DNA from: Mantamonas sphyraenae STR306
Lineage: Eukaryota > Protista > CRuMs
Assembly: GCA_026936335.1 (NCBI GenBank)
Contig: JAPMXV010000009.1
Location: 186,001 to 250,000 of the forward strand
Length of the DNA stretch: 64,000 nucleotides
Direction of reading: 5' to 3'
The translations under genes were made by a program, and so were the position numbers. The notes under the pieces were generated by a model. It searched no databases and was not told the DNA's origin. It was given only the letters and a program-made list of their open reading frames with translations. Below, in pieces: positions 46,171-59,205 of this stretch (within the stretch, counting starts at the first letter, position 1; every line of letters starts with the position of its first letter).

Positions 46171-49100
46171 ATGGACACGAGTGCATTTGTTCCAGCATCA
46201 CTGGTCATGACTCACCTGCAGCCTGCACGTGGTGGCCAGAGCCCGATATCTCGGGCAGCCTGGTGCCGCTCATCGTTTCTGTTGGCTGGGCGGGTGACAT
46301 GGACCTGTTTTCGCGACGAGGACGATATGCTCAGAGTCGGCAAGGAAGAGCGTGTGCAGTGGGATGTGCTGAAACCGGATGGGGTGAACGCAACAAAGTG
46401 CGCGAGCCCGGCCAAGACGACGACGATGTTCCACCTGGGCAGCGACGAACTGGACAAGGTCAAGAAGCAGCTGCAGCAAAAGACGCTGAAGCTGGACAGT
46501 GCCGATGCAGCCATCAAGAAGTATGAGATCACAGTGGCGGAGAAAAAGGCAGAGAATGAGCGCATGCGACGTCAGGTGAGTGGCGACGGCTCTCGCGCGC
46601 CAAAACAAGAATCCGCAGCGCGGTCAAATCGGCTCACACAGTTGAACACACTGCAGTTGAGTGAACTGGCTGACAAGCATGAGGCACTCATGGTGCGCTT
46701 CGAGTCTCAGGAAAAGGTATGTGTGCTGGGGCAGGCCCTAGCTGGCATACGGCCCGTGAGCAGTTTGAACGTGGAAATCCGTTGGTGAACACGGATTTTG
46801 GCGGGCGCACACGTCAACCCCGCCGCCGCAGCCCGCATCACCGTACCATGGACACAAACTGACTCCCCCCGGGTGTGTGTGTGATCTGTTCAGGAAACAC
46901 GAAGCAAGACTGAGCAATGCGAGCTGCTGAACTGCCAGCTGGCGCGCTCAAAGGACAAGTTGAGCAAGGCGGAGGCAGAGTGCGAGCGACTGTCGCATGC
47001 TCTGGACTCGATGCACGCAGACTCAAGCGACTTTGTGGAATTTAAGCGACGCAGCGAGCGGCAGGTGTCTTCCTTGAAGGATGCACTGAGCCGTGTGGAG
47101 GCGTCGCTGAAGGCCGAGAAAGCCAAGAACGCGGAGCAAGCGGACAAGGTGGATGAGCTGACGTTCAAGCTGGGTCAGCAACAGCATGCGCTGGTGGAGG
47201 GCGACCAAAAGACGGCGGCACTGGTGCAGAGCGAGACGTACAAGTTGCAGAACGTGATCCAGGACCTGAAGGGCAAGCTGGAGCGTGCGGAGCGCAGCAG
47301 TGGCAGCGAGAGCGGGGAGCTGAAAGAGCGTGTGCAGCACCTGAGCACGGCTTTGCAAGAGGCACGAGAGGAGGTGAAGACGTGGAAGGCGCAGTACTCG
47401 CACATGCAGGGAGAGGTGATGGGCCGCGAGGACGCATGGGCCAAGGAGCGCAAGGCGCTGCAGCAGGAGGTGGAAGTGTGCCGTGAGAGGCTGGGAATGC
47501 TGGAAATGGGCAGCGAGGAGAGTGCAGCGTCGCTCAAGTCGCGTCTGTTGGGCGTGCAGGCGCAGTACGCGCAGGCGAAGCAGCAAATCGAGGCATTGCA
47601 GGCGCAGGTGGAGGAGGAGCAACGTGAGGCATCGCAGCTGCAGGCCAGCGACACGAGTGGACGTGCAGAGCTGCAGGATGCAAGCGCACAGGTGGCTCGT
47701 CTGACGCGTGAGCTGCGTGCGGCGCGTGCGTCGGAGGCAAACCAAAGGGCGACGGTGGACGAGCTGACGGCGCGGGTGGCACGTGCTGAAGCGGCGCAGG
47801 CGGCGGTGGAAGAGGCGGCGCACAGCGGATCGGCCACACAGGGCCAGGCGTTGGCACACGCAACGGCGGCACAGCGAGAGGCGGCGAGCGAGGCTCGCGA
47901 TGCGGCGGCGATGGTGGCCCACCTGCGGGAGGCGGCGGCGACACGAGAGGCAGAATGGACGCAGGAACGGGACGAGTTGCGTGGGCAGCGGGATGCGGCG
48001 GCACGCGAGGCTGAGGCGGCACGCGAGGCAGCCGCACGAGACGTGGCAGAGGCCAAGCGGGCAACCGGAGAGGCGGAGCTGCTCAAACAGGCGCTGGACA
48101 AGACACGCAGCAAGTTGGAGGCGTCCAAGGCCGAGTTGGCCGAGGTGCAGGAGGGTGCCAGTGCACACGTGGCTTCGCTGGAGGAAACGGTGGCATCGCT
48201 CGAGGCGCAGCTGCAGGCAGCCAACGCCGCAGCAGAGGCAGCCAACGCTGCGCAAGCTTCCATCCAGGCGCGTGTGGCACGCGTGCAGGCGCAGGCCAAG
48301 GAGGCCACCGAGGCACGCGATGCTCTGGCGGCGCAGCTGGACGAGGCTCTGGCCCAGGTGGAGAATCTGCGTGGTGCCCAGGAGGCGGCTGAGGCTGCAC
48401 GTGGCGCCCACGAAGCCAGTGCGGCCAAGTGTGCACGTCTGCAGGCGGCATTGGACGAAGCCACGGCGGCGGCAGAGGCCGATGCGGTGGCGGTCGAGGC
48501 ACGTGAAGCCGACGCAACAGCGCGTGCCGAGGCATTGCAGCGCGCGGCGGCCGACGGGGCCACACACGCAGCCAATGCAGCCGAGGTGTTGGCCATGCGC
48601 GAGACGCAGGTTGCATCGCTGCAGGCAGAGCTGGCCGAAGCCCAAGCAGCGGCGGCGGCGGCGACGGAAAAGGCAAGTGAGGCCGAGGCTGCGGCGCGGG
48701 GAGCGACGGCGGAACTGGCTGAAGCGCGCGAGGCGGCGGCGGCGCAGGAAGAGTCGTTGCGTGCCGCGTTGGCCGAGGCACAACGCGAAGCGAGCGAATA
48801 CAAGGAGGCGATGGCTCAGACGGGCGCAGAGGCGGACGAGTTTGCCGCGTTGTACGAGGAGGCATCGACGAAGCTTGCTGCGGCAGGTTTGGATCTGGCC
48901 AACGCAGGGCTGAGTGCCGAGGCGGCAGCGAGCACAAGGGCACGCATGGAAGGGGCTCTGGATGAGGCTCAGACGAAGCTGGAACAGCGTGCGCAGGTGT
49001 GGGCAGAACGTGAAACGGCACTGAGCGAGTCGCTGGCGGAGGCGCAGGCACGTGTGGCCGAGTTGGAAAACACCGTGCGTGGCCTGCAGCGCCGCTTGTC

Positions 49101-51879
49101 GGTGGACGGCCACGCGTTGGACGAGGCGAGCGCAGACGTGGCGGCGCTGAGTGCGAGTGCGGCACATGCAGAAGCCGAGGGCAGTTCGCTTGCGACGCAG
49201 CTGAAGGAGGCGCAGGAAAAGGCAGAGGCAGCCGAGGGAGCTGCACAGGAGGCCACACGCGAGGCTGAGTCGTTGCGTCACGCGCTGGCAGAAGCACAGG
49301 CAGAGGCGGCAGAGGCCGAGGCACGTGCGGCAGAGGCGATGGCAGCGGCTGAGGAGGCGCAGGCCGAGGCGGGGGCGGCACGTGTGGACAACGCCAATCT
49401 GGCGGAAGGGACGCGTGCGTTGCGTGCGCAGGTGGAGTCGGTGCGTGGCGACGGAGCGGATGCGGCGGCGGCGGCGGCGGCCAAGGCGACGGCGGCCAAG
49501 GAGGAGCTGGCGGCCATGCAGGCAGCATTGGAGGCGGCGCAGGAAATGGCAGCGGCCAAGGAGGAGGAGGCCACACACGTGGCACAGGCGTTGGCAGAGG
49601 CACAGGCAGAGACGCAGGAGGTGCGCGAGGAGATGGTGGCCTTGAAGGGAGCGCTGCAGGCCAAGCTGGACCGTGCCGAGGGCGAGCACAGCGCACGGGG
49701 ACAGGCCGAAGAGGCGCTGGCAAAGGCGCAGAACGAAGCAACCGTGGCGGAAACGGCGCTGGCACAGGCACAGGCGGCACTGGAGGAGGTCACGACCAAG
49801 GCGGCGTTGGAGGCACAGCGAGCGCAGGAGGAGGTGGCAGAGCTGCGCAGTGCGGCGCAAGAAGCGCAGGCGCAGGCGAAGCAAGCGCAGGACGAGGTGG
49901 CAGCGGCCGAATTGCGTGTGGCGGAGGCGGAAGAGGCGGCAGCGCAGGCTGTCGAGGAAGCGGAACGGGAGGTGGAACACGCGCGTGCAGCCCAGCGTGT
50001 GGCCGAGGCCAAGGCGGACGAGGCAACGGCTCTGTGGGAGGAGGAGGCACAGCGTGTGCGCGCTCTCACGGAAGAGGCAGACACACTGCGCGGCGAGGCG
50101 GATGCGGCGCGGGCGGCAGCGGACGACGCGGATGCACGCGCCAAGGCGGCGGAGGAGGCGGCGGCGCAGGCACAGGCGGCAGCCACCGCGGCCAGTGAGG
50201 CAGAGGCAAAGGCACAGGCGGCGCGTGTGGAAAGCGACCGTGCGTTGGTGGCCGCGGAGGATCGGGAGCGACGTGCGGCGGCGGCGGAGGCGAAGCGTGC
50301 GGCGACGGCGCAGGGACAGGTGGGAGACATGGAAGCCGAGGTGGGACGGATGCGCGACGCACGTGCGGCCACAGAGGAGGAGAATGGGGTGTTGCGCACG
50401 CTGAACGAGGGATTGGAGGCACGGGTGGAGGCGGCGGAGGCACAGGCACGCGAGGCACAGGCGCACGCACGCGAGAGTCGCGAGGCACTGGCGCAGGCGG
50501 AGCGACGTGCGATTGACGCCGGGGCACGTGCGGACGTGGCGGCGGAGCAGGCGCGTGTGGCGCTGGAAACGGCCGAGGGCCGTGCAGAGGCGGCGGAGAA
50601 GGCGATGCGTGAGTGGCGCAGCAAGTACAACACGCTGCACGACGCACACACGCAGGCGGAAACCAGGCTGGCGGAACAGACGGCACTGCGCGCGGATGCA
50701 CAGGCCATGACGGAGAACGCAGGACTGCGCATTGCACAGTTGCAGGAACGTGTGCGCAGTCTGCAGTCGCGTCTGGGCAGCGAGGCACGCGCGGCAGATG
50801 AGGCGGCGCAGCTGGCGGAAGACGAGGGTTTGGACGAGGCGTTGAACCAGGCGCTGTTGGACAGCAGCGCAAGCAGTGGCGAGCAGTCGCTGGACGGCAG
50901 CACGGAGGATGCGACGGCGGCGGCGGCCGCGGCGACAGAGGAGGTTGTGTCGACGCGTGCGGTGCGTCTGTTGCAACGCAAGCTGGTGCGTGAGGAGGAG
51001 AAGCGTGTGGCGGCGGAGGCACAGATTCGACAGCAGCGAGACGAGGCACGCAAGATGCGCGGTTGCTTGGAGTCGTCCGAGGCGGCCATGCAGGCGCTGC
51101 GTGAGGAGCTGGAGGAGTTGAAGGAGTCGATGGAGGAGGAGCGACGTGCACGTCAGAGCCACCTGATGGCCATGCGCACTCAGAGTGCCAAGAAGACACG
51201 TATGACGCGGTCGCGGCTGGCCGAGCTGGAACAGAGTGCCAGCAAGGCAGCGGGACGCCGGGTGTCGTTTGGAGAGGAGGTGAAGGAGCTGATTGAGGAG
51301 AGCACCAAGGACGCAGAGGCGTACGTGCAGCAGTACGAACAGGTGCTTGCTGCCAACGAGGACACCACCGCACGCTTGGCCGAGCTGGGTCAGCGTGTCG
51401 AGGAGCAGCAGGCGGCCACTCGCCGTCCGCGACGCCGCAAGCGCTCCTCGGACGAGATGCGCCGTGCGTCGCTGGACGAGGAGGTGGACGAGCAGGCGTC
51501 TCCGTCCACACCTGTGACAGAGCAAGAGCAGCAGAAGCAGAAGCAGGAGCAGGAAGAGGAGGAGGAAGCTGCTGACAGCGCTCAGATCAAGCTCAGCTTT
51601 GGGGACGACGAGGAAGAGGAGCACAACGAGGAAGTGCGTGCCACGAGCGAAATGGCGGCCAAGAAGCGCAAGGTGGATGGCAACGAGAAGCACGTGGTGA
51701 TTGTGGAGCAGGAGACCGAAGACAAGGAGAACAGCACCGAGAATCAACAACAGGCGTCGGCCAAGAAGCCGCGTCGCAGCTCGCGTCGTCGCAAGACCGT
51801 GCAGGGCTTGGGCATGGCCGAGACGGCGCCGCGTCGCGTCACGCGCAGCCGAGCCGCACGAGGTGCAGAGCGTGTGTAG
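46171..51879 (+). CDS. Very long Ala/Glu-rich coiled-coil protein with basic tail (RVSF, KEN, NLS-like motifs); two 5' introns, start uncertain
   Basis: A 1639-codon heptad-rich ORF is joined in frame to upstream exons by introns at ~46576-46656 and ~46717-46893. Confidence 0.7.
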
Positions 51880-51924
51880 GTGACGCAATGAATGGCGAAA
51901 TGAAGGATGCATTTTGACAAATGA

Positions 51925-54422
51925 TCAACCCGACTGCATGCGGAAGCCCAGGGACCTGTCGACGCCAGAGACAGGGACATTGGAGCGCACCTTTGTGCCC
52001 ACGGTGGTGGTGGACATGCGCTCGCTGGGATGCACGTACACAGGTTCCTTGTGCGATGTCTGCAGGCTGCGTCCTGGGCTCATGGTCTTGATGAGATTCG
52101 GTGGCAAAACCATGACGGGCTCCCTGTCTGTGACCACCTCCTTGCCAAACTTGGCGCTGCGATACTCGCTGTCACTGTCATCGTCGTCCAACAACACTTC
52201 ATCTGTGTCTTCGCCATCGCTGTTGCTGCTGCTGCTGCCGCTGCTGCTGCCATCCATGTAGCGTGGCGACGGCCCCACCGTGTTGCGGAACGCAGGGGTG
52301 TAGCGTGGCGCAGACGACAGCAGACTGTCCTCACCCAGGTTGACCTTTTTCGTGCTGTACTCGTTGCGCCGGTTGCAAATCTGCATGAGGAGCTGATAAA
52401 AGTTGAAGAAGCCGCGTGCCAGCTCCTGCCACACCTCAAACAGCTTCTGTTCGTCGCTGTACTCCACCGACGTGCTCTTCCAGTCGCGTTTGATCCGCAG
52501 GGACGGCGGAAGCGCCACGCCGCCGTCGCTGCTGCGTGCCATGCGGTCGCGCAGCAGGAACAGTCGGTCGCCCACCATTTCCACCTGGTCCAGCATGCCG
52601 TGCATGTGCTCGTTGAACACGTCCATCGACGGCATGTTGTACTTGGACACGTCGCCCAGTCGCACGTCAAACAGATGCTGTGCCTGCGCGCGAGAGATGG
52701 CCGCAGGGATGGCCGCTGTCGACGCAATGCAGGCGTCCATCGAATGCGGCATCCCGGATCCGTCCAGCTTGTTCACAGCCAACTCCTGGAAAATGCTGCG
52801 GATGACGTCGCTCGTCATCACAAACAGCCTCTGCAGATCCTGCATGATGTGTGGCAGCCTCGCTCGCTTGGCCTCCACATTGCCCTGCATCTCTTGCAGA
52901 AACTCCTGCAGCAGCAACAGTTGCTGGTCCATCAATTCGTCCTCCCAGGCCTCGCCGCCTCCACGTCCGCCATCCTGCGGCGCAAAGTACGCATCGAGCG
53001 AGTTCATCGAATCGACCAGCCGCTGCCACGCCGCCCCAATCCCAATGTCTGAATCCAGCGTGTCCACCATCTCCGTCCAAATCTTTGCCGCCTGCGACTT
53101 GCGATCATCCAGCAGCAACGCTTGCTTTCGGATCTCTTCGGCCCTCCTTCGCGCACGCTCCTCCTTCTTCCGCTGACGCAACATTGCCATTTCCCGCTCC
53201 TCAATCTCACGCCGCAAGCGCGCCGCCTCCTCGTCGCTCGCCTCTGACTCTGCACCTCCAAGCTTGCCCATGTTTTCCAGAAGCCCCTGCCAGATCGTGC
53301 CCGCATGCTTCTGCACCTCCATCACCTCCCGTGCCGCCGCGCGCATGCTTCCAAACTGCCGCTTCTGCGCATTGCCACCGGCCCTTGGCCCACGCCTGGG
53401 CACGTGCGGTCCTTCCAGCTCCTCTTCGTACTCCTCTTCCTCTTCATCCCCTTCGTCCTCTTCGCCGTAGCCTCCTCCGCCGTACCTGCTGCTGCGCGTG
53501 TGCAGCATGCCCTTGGTCAACCCGGTATCCACCTGCTGCGATCCCACGCGCAGGAAGCCACTGCCTGCCGTCTGTGCTTCTGCGTCGACCACGTTGAATG
53601 CACTCAGTGTCGTCTGTGTCGACATGCTCACTCCAGACGCAAACGCAACCGCATCGCCACGGTACGCTTCCAGATCGAATCCGGCCCCATGCTTCTCTTC
53701 CGCGTACTGAGGCATCGGCATGGCCGCCGCACGGCGCAATTCGTTGATGGAGACACGTCGCCGCGGCGCAATGTTGACAGGTTCCGTTTGTGTGCTCTGG
53801 TGCAGGCGCACACGAGACTCGGGCAGCGCTGCCATGCTGTTGCTGTCCTCCAGATCCAACCTGTCGATGGCCTCCAGAATCATGTCGGTGTCGCTCACGC
53901 TAATCGATGACTTGCGCTTCACGTGCTCCGACAGCAGCGTCAGGCCACCCACCGTGTTGATCTTGATCCCTGCGCTCGCCGGCCGCTCGCGACTGCCCGA
54001 GTTCTCGCCCTGCTTTGCCTTCATCTTGTGGATCAGATTCTTGTAAATCTCGCACTTTTGCTTCTGCCTCTCGATTTCGTGCTCCAGATACCGTTCGCGG
54101 ATAAGCATGGAGCGCACGTCGAACCCGGTCGAACACAGACGCTCCAGCAGGTCTTTCGAGCGCAGATTGTTCAGGATGGCGTCCTTCATGTGTGCAATGC
54201 CTCCGTGGTAAAGTGCTGCCAGGATGCGCACCACTTCTCTCTCCTTGGTTGGCAGTTGGCTGCCCATGCGCGCCGCCTTGTCGATCGCACTCTGCTGGAA
54301 GCCCACAAACTGCCCGTCCTCCGCACTTGTCTCTGTCTGCAGCTTGGCATACTGCAATTCAGCAGACAGCAACACGTTTCCGTCCTGATCATACTCCTCC
54401 TCCTCCTCCTCTGTCGTCCCTC

Positions 54423-54465
<43 letters not shown>

Positions 54466-56627
54466 GCTGCTCGTCGACATGGTCGGGTCCGCCGCCGATG
54501 TTGACCTGCTCAGACGCATCTGATTCAACAGTTCGTGGTTGAGACGCGCCAGCTCACCCTCGAGTGTGTCCAGCTTGTGGAATAGCACGGTGGCCAGCTG
54601 CTCCTCCACACGCCGGAAAGCGTCGTTGTCTGTTTGCAGCTTTCGCTGCTCCTGTACAGTAAGTTTCGACAGTGTGCCTTTGCTCTTTGAACCTCCGCCG
54701 CCGCCACCCTTCTTCTTGCCCCCCTTGGACGAAGATGAGCTCGTGGAAGAGCCATCGCGAATCGACGCCACCGCCGATCGGCCCGTGAACTCGCCCTGGT
54801 TGCGCAGAAAGGCAATCTGTTCTTCGTAGTGTTCCACCATGGCATCCATGCGCTCGTGCAACCGGTTTGACAACGCCTTCATCTCCCTCTCGTGGCGTTC
54901 CTCCACTGTTTCCTCCTCGTTTGCGCCCTCTTGTTTGTCTCCTGCCTCCTGTTCGTCCTGCATGCTTTTCATCTGCTCTGTCAGCTTGCGGTTCTGCGCT
55001 TCCATGGTGCTCACTGCATTCTGCAGATCCTTCTGCGCCTGTGTTTGCTCCCCGAGGTGTTCCTGGAACTTGGCTTCCCACTCCTCAATCTTTGCGTTGG
55101 CCAGGTCCAGCTCATTCTTGACCCGAATGGCCTCTTTGCGCAGCGACTTTTCCCGATCGGAAGTGCTGCTCTTCTTCATCTGTGCTTCAGCCTCTGCCGT
55201 CAGTCGCTTCTGCTTGGCCAGCTCCCGCTTGAGCCGGTCAATCTCCGCCAGGCGCCGGTCCAGGATGGCACCCATCCGCGCTGATTTCCCTGACAACTCT
55301 TCGATTTTGTTGTCCCGCATTTCGATGCCTGCGGTGAGTCGCTCGATGGAGTGGGAGTCGTTCATCATCTTGAGACGCACGTCGCGGAGTTCCTTGTGCC
55401 TGCGCACGTGCATGCGGTTGTAGTCGTCCACCAGAACGGCAAACTTGTGCAGGATGCCCTGAAGGTGTTGGAGCAGCGTTCGCTTGTGGTCGTCTTGATA
55501 CTGCAGGTCCTGGAATGCTTTCTCTGCGGTTTGCATCGTGTACAGGTCTTCCAGGTTTTCGGCCGCAAGCAACGAGTCGATCAGCGGCTTGTTGTCCACA
55601 AACCACTTGTTCAACTCCTTCAGTGAGCTCGTTTGGTAGTGTTTGCGCTCCTTCATGTAGTCAAAGAGGAAGCGCACCTTGCTCTTGGAGCGACCAAACA
55701 CAGACTCGACGTCCACTTGCTCTCCCAGAGCCTCCCGCTCCAGATTCTCCTCGTAGAAGCGGTTCTCCCATTGCATGGCCCACTCCTCTTCCAGTGCCTC
55801 CATCTGGGCGTCGTCTTCCAGCAAGGCCTCTGTGTGCGGTGGCGTACGGGCGGCTTGTGAGCGGGGCGGGAACAGGCTAACGGTTGTGGGTTGGGTTTCC
55901 GCAAGCAAAGGGGCACGCGTAGGCGCCTTTCACGAGGCCACAACAGCCTCCACTTACGCAAAAGCTTCTCTTCGTTGGATTTGAGGACGTCGTGAAAGTC
56001 GTCAAAGACCTTGTTGACGTGCTGCGCTGTGTTTTGTACCCGCTTGGAATGGTCGTTGAGGAGCTTGACCCCCTGCACGACCTTGTTCTGCGTCTGGAAC
56101 GGACTCTGGTTATGTACAAGCATGAGATTGCGGAGTCCCGGGTGTCCATTGGGGGCGTCGCCGTCGCCTGCACCATCGTTCTGCGATTGTTGGCGTTGAC
56201 TCGGGGCCACCCATTTGCTGTCGCGGATAATGCTGGGCAGCTTGTCCTGGACATCCTCAGGGACGTGAATGTGGCCCCTGTGGCTGCTAATGTCGGGCAG
56301 CGCCATGTCGGAGCTGTAAGTGCGCGTGAGCGTGGTGAAGCCCGACGTGTGCTCTCCCATGGTGCGCAGGAGCTCCTCTTCCTCGCGAGACATGGAAGTG
56401 CGGCCGGACGCACGCGAACGTGCAGAGCGAGGACCCGCAGAGAACATGGACGAGGAGCTGGTGGTGCTTGTCGAGCTGGTGGTTGGCCGTATCGAGTCGT
56501 AGTCCGCTGCCGTACTCCAGCTGCCCGCGGACGCCTCCGACCCCGACGTGGGTGGCCTGGGCGTCGCTGAGTACAACGACTTGTTGCCATTGGGATAGGC
56601 CGCCGTCTGGGAGCCCGACTTGTGCAT
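51925..56627 (-). CDS. Large hypothetical coiled-coil protein; one intron at ~55957-55831
   Basis: Two long ORFs joined by GTAAGT...CACAG, giving 'EKLLQALLEDD'. No family recognised. Confidence 0.65.
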
Positions 56628-56866
56628 GCGGGAGTATCGGACGGATTTTTGTTTGGCGGACAGCCGCGCGGTCGACACCAACCATCGACATTCACCCACG
56701 GGGAGCACCCCACGCACAAACGCACACACACGCGCACGCGCAGCAAAGAACACTCTTTACTTCGCACACACACACACACACTCTCTCTCTGTATCAGCAG
56801 CTTTGGAACGATTGCATCCGAACCAAACCTCATCGACGACAAACACACACACACACTCACTCTACG

Positions 56867-58197
56867 ATGGAAGAACTTAGCCAGGGAATGAGCAGCATGT
56901 CGCTGAACACAGGCGCACAGGCAAACGCCAACGTGGGCAAGGCCGCACCAAAGGACAAGGAGAACGCCAGCGAAAACGTCAAGGTGAGGTTTTTAAACGA
57001 TCGGCGCGAGTTTGCGCGCGCAGACCGTTGACAAGGGCAGGAAAACGCCCTGGGAGGGCGATAGCGAGCCAGAGAGGATACGCTGACACCAGTATGCGGA
57101 CACTTGTTCACAATCTTGCGATGGGATTGCGATTTCACATGCGACACGGACGCAGGCCCAGAGCCAGGCGCAGGGAATGAAAAGCCACGGGATGAGCGGG
57201 GCGCAGCGCATGGTTGTCAAGAAGAGCAAGAAGCAGACGGGAAACGACGAAACGAGTGGAAGTAACTCAGCTGGAGCAGGCAGCAGCAAGGTGGGCAAGA
57301 ACAAGATGGAGAGCAACAGCAGCAAGGGAAGCAACGGCAGCACAAGCAGCGTGAGCAGCGGCGGAAGCATGACTCAGCTCAAGAAGAAATCGAACAAGCC
57401 GCGTTGGAGTCTGAGCGACTTTGACATCGGCAAGCCACTGGGCAGGGGCAAATTCGGACAGGTGTTTCTGGGCCGCGAGAAGAAGAGCAAGTTCATTGTG
57501 GCTTTGAAGGTGCTGTTCAAACACCAGCTGAGCAAAGCAGGCGTGGAACACCAGTTGAGGCGGGAGATTGAGATCCAGTCGCATCTGCGCCACCCGAACA
57601 TCCTGCGCCTGTATGCATACTTTTACGACCAGAAGCGGGTGTACCTCATTCTGGAATACGCTGCTCAGGGTGAGCTGTACAAGGAGCTGAAGCGATGCGA
57701 GCGCTTCGACGAGAAGCGAGCGGCCGGGTACATCAAGGAGCTCAGTGGGGCGCTGGCGTACTGCCACAAGAAACACGTCATCCACAGGGACATCAAGCCC
57801 GAGAACTTGCTGCTGGGCCTGAACGGCGAGCTGAAGATTGCCGACTTTGGTTGGAGTGTTCATGCACCCAATAGCAGGCGCAAGACGCTGTGCGGCACAC
57901 TGGACTACCTGCCCCCCGAGATGATTGAGGGAGCAGACCACGACCGAACCGTGGATGTGTGGAGCCTGGGTGTGCTCCTCTACGAGTTTCTGGTGGGCAA
58001 CCCGCCGTTTGAGGCCGAGGGCCACACAGAGACGTACCGACGCATCTCGCGTGTCGATCTGCGCTTCCCGGACCACGTGAGCGAAAACGCACGCGATCTC
58101 ATCAAGAAGTTGTTGGTGCACGATCCCAAGAAGCGCCTGTCACTGGACAAGGTCGTGGAGCATCCGTGGATTGTGGAGCACTGCGGCAGCGACGACG

Positions 58198-58228
<31 letters not shown>

Positions 58229-58253
58229 CAGTAGCAGCAGCAGCAAAAAGTAA
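56867..58253 (+). CDS. AURK: Aurora kinase; intron 56984-57155
   Basis: '[18 protein letters not shown]', '[19 protein letters not shown]', '[26 protein letters not shown]', and an N-terminal KEN box. Confidence 0.96.
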
Positions 58254-58288
58254 ATGTGCACACATGTTTATCCCACTTGGGTTCCTTC

Positions 58289-59146
58289 TTATCCCATGCG
58301 TTCGTGCTCAGACAGCTTCAGGTTGTTGTCCAGGTCGCGGAAAACGGTGACCTGGTGCTCCTGGCGGCTGTTGTCGCTGTTGTCGTCGACCTCCAGCTGC
58401 ATGATGTAGTTTGTGCCTGCGACCACCTGCGTGCGCACGTGCACAATGCGGCGCAGACTGAGCGGCTTGAGGCCGTTGTTGGCCTTTGCCTCCTGCTCGT
58501 TCAGCTGCTCCACGGCAAACTCGGCTGCCTGTCGCACACCTGCGTTGTTCGTGTCTGCACGCACTGGTGCACCCACCACAGAGCCCCTGTGTGTGTGCGT
58601 GTGTGTGTGTGTGTGCATGCGCATATGATGGTGGCGTCAGCGGTGGTTCGGTGGGCGCTACGACGCAGACGGAAAACACAAGACTCACAGATTCTGGTGC
58701 GCCGTCACACGCGCATCCGAATTGAACGGCTTGTAGATGGTCAGCTTGTGCTCCTGCACGTGACCATTGATGTCAAACGTGGCCTTCAGGTGGTAGTTCA
58801 GACCAGACACCAACTGTGAGGAACGGCAACACGGGTGTCAGACGTCATTCCGAAACCCCCCTTTTTTGTTTCGCGTTTCCACACTCCCTTCGCTCTGCAG
58901 GCATACTCTGCGTGCCGTACTGCTCTCCAAACGCACCTGCTTCCTAATCTTGATGACGCTCTCAACGGTGACAGGCGAGTTTGTGTTGTATTTGGCCTCC
59001 AGATACTTTGTTGCCACCTCGAGCACGTCGTTGATCTCCTCCGCGTCCTTCTGCGGATCCATGTCCTTGGGCGAACCCATCATGCCGAATGCAAAGCTCA
59101 TGCTCACCATGGCCAACAGGGTCAAAGCCACAGTCGTTGTCTTCAT
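58289..59146 (-). CDS. Secreted two-domain cystatin; introns 58936-58814 and 58688-58587
   Basis: Signal peptide 'MKTTTVALTLLAMVSMSFA'. Motifs QLVSGLNY (created by splicing) and QVVAGTNY. Confidence 0.85.
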
Positions 59147-59205
59147 GGTTCTCGTCCCTTGTTGCGTTTTTCCTTGTTGCTGCCGGCGCATCAAGACGCA
59201 ACGCA

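Noticed and set aside
47023-51912. 1629-aa - strand ORF, and similar ones at 10085-11938, 13551-15311 and 16794-18443
   Set aside because: These are antisense shadows of real genes, with the Leu/Arg/Cys-rich composition expected from reading the opposite strand.
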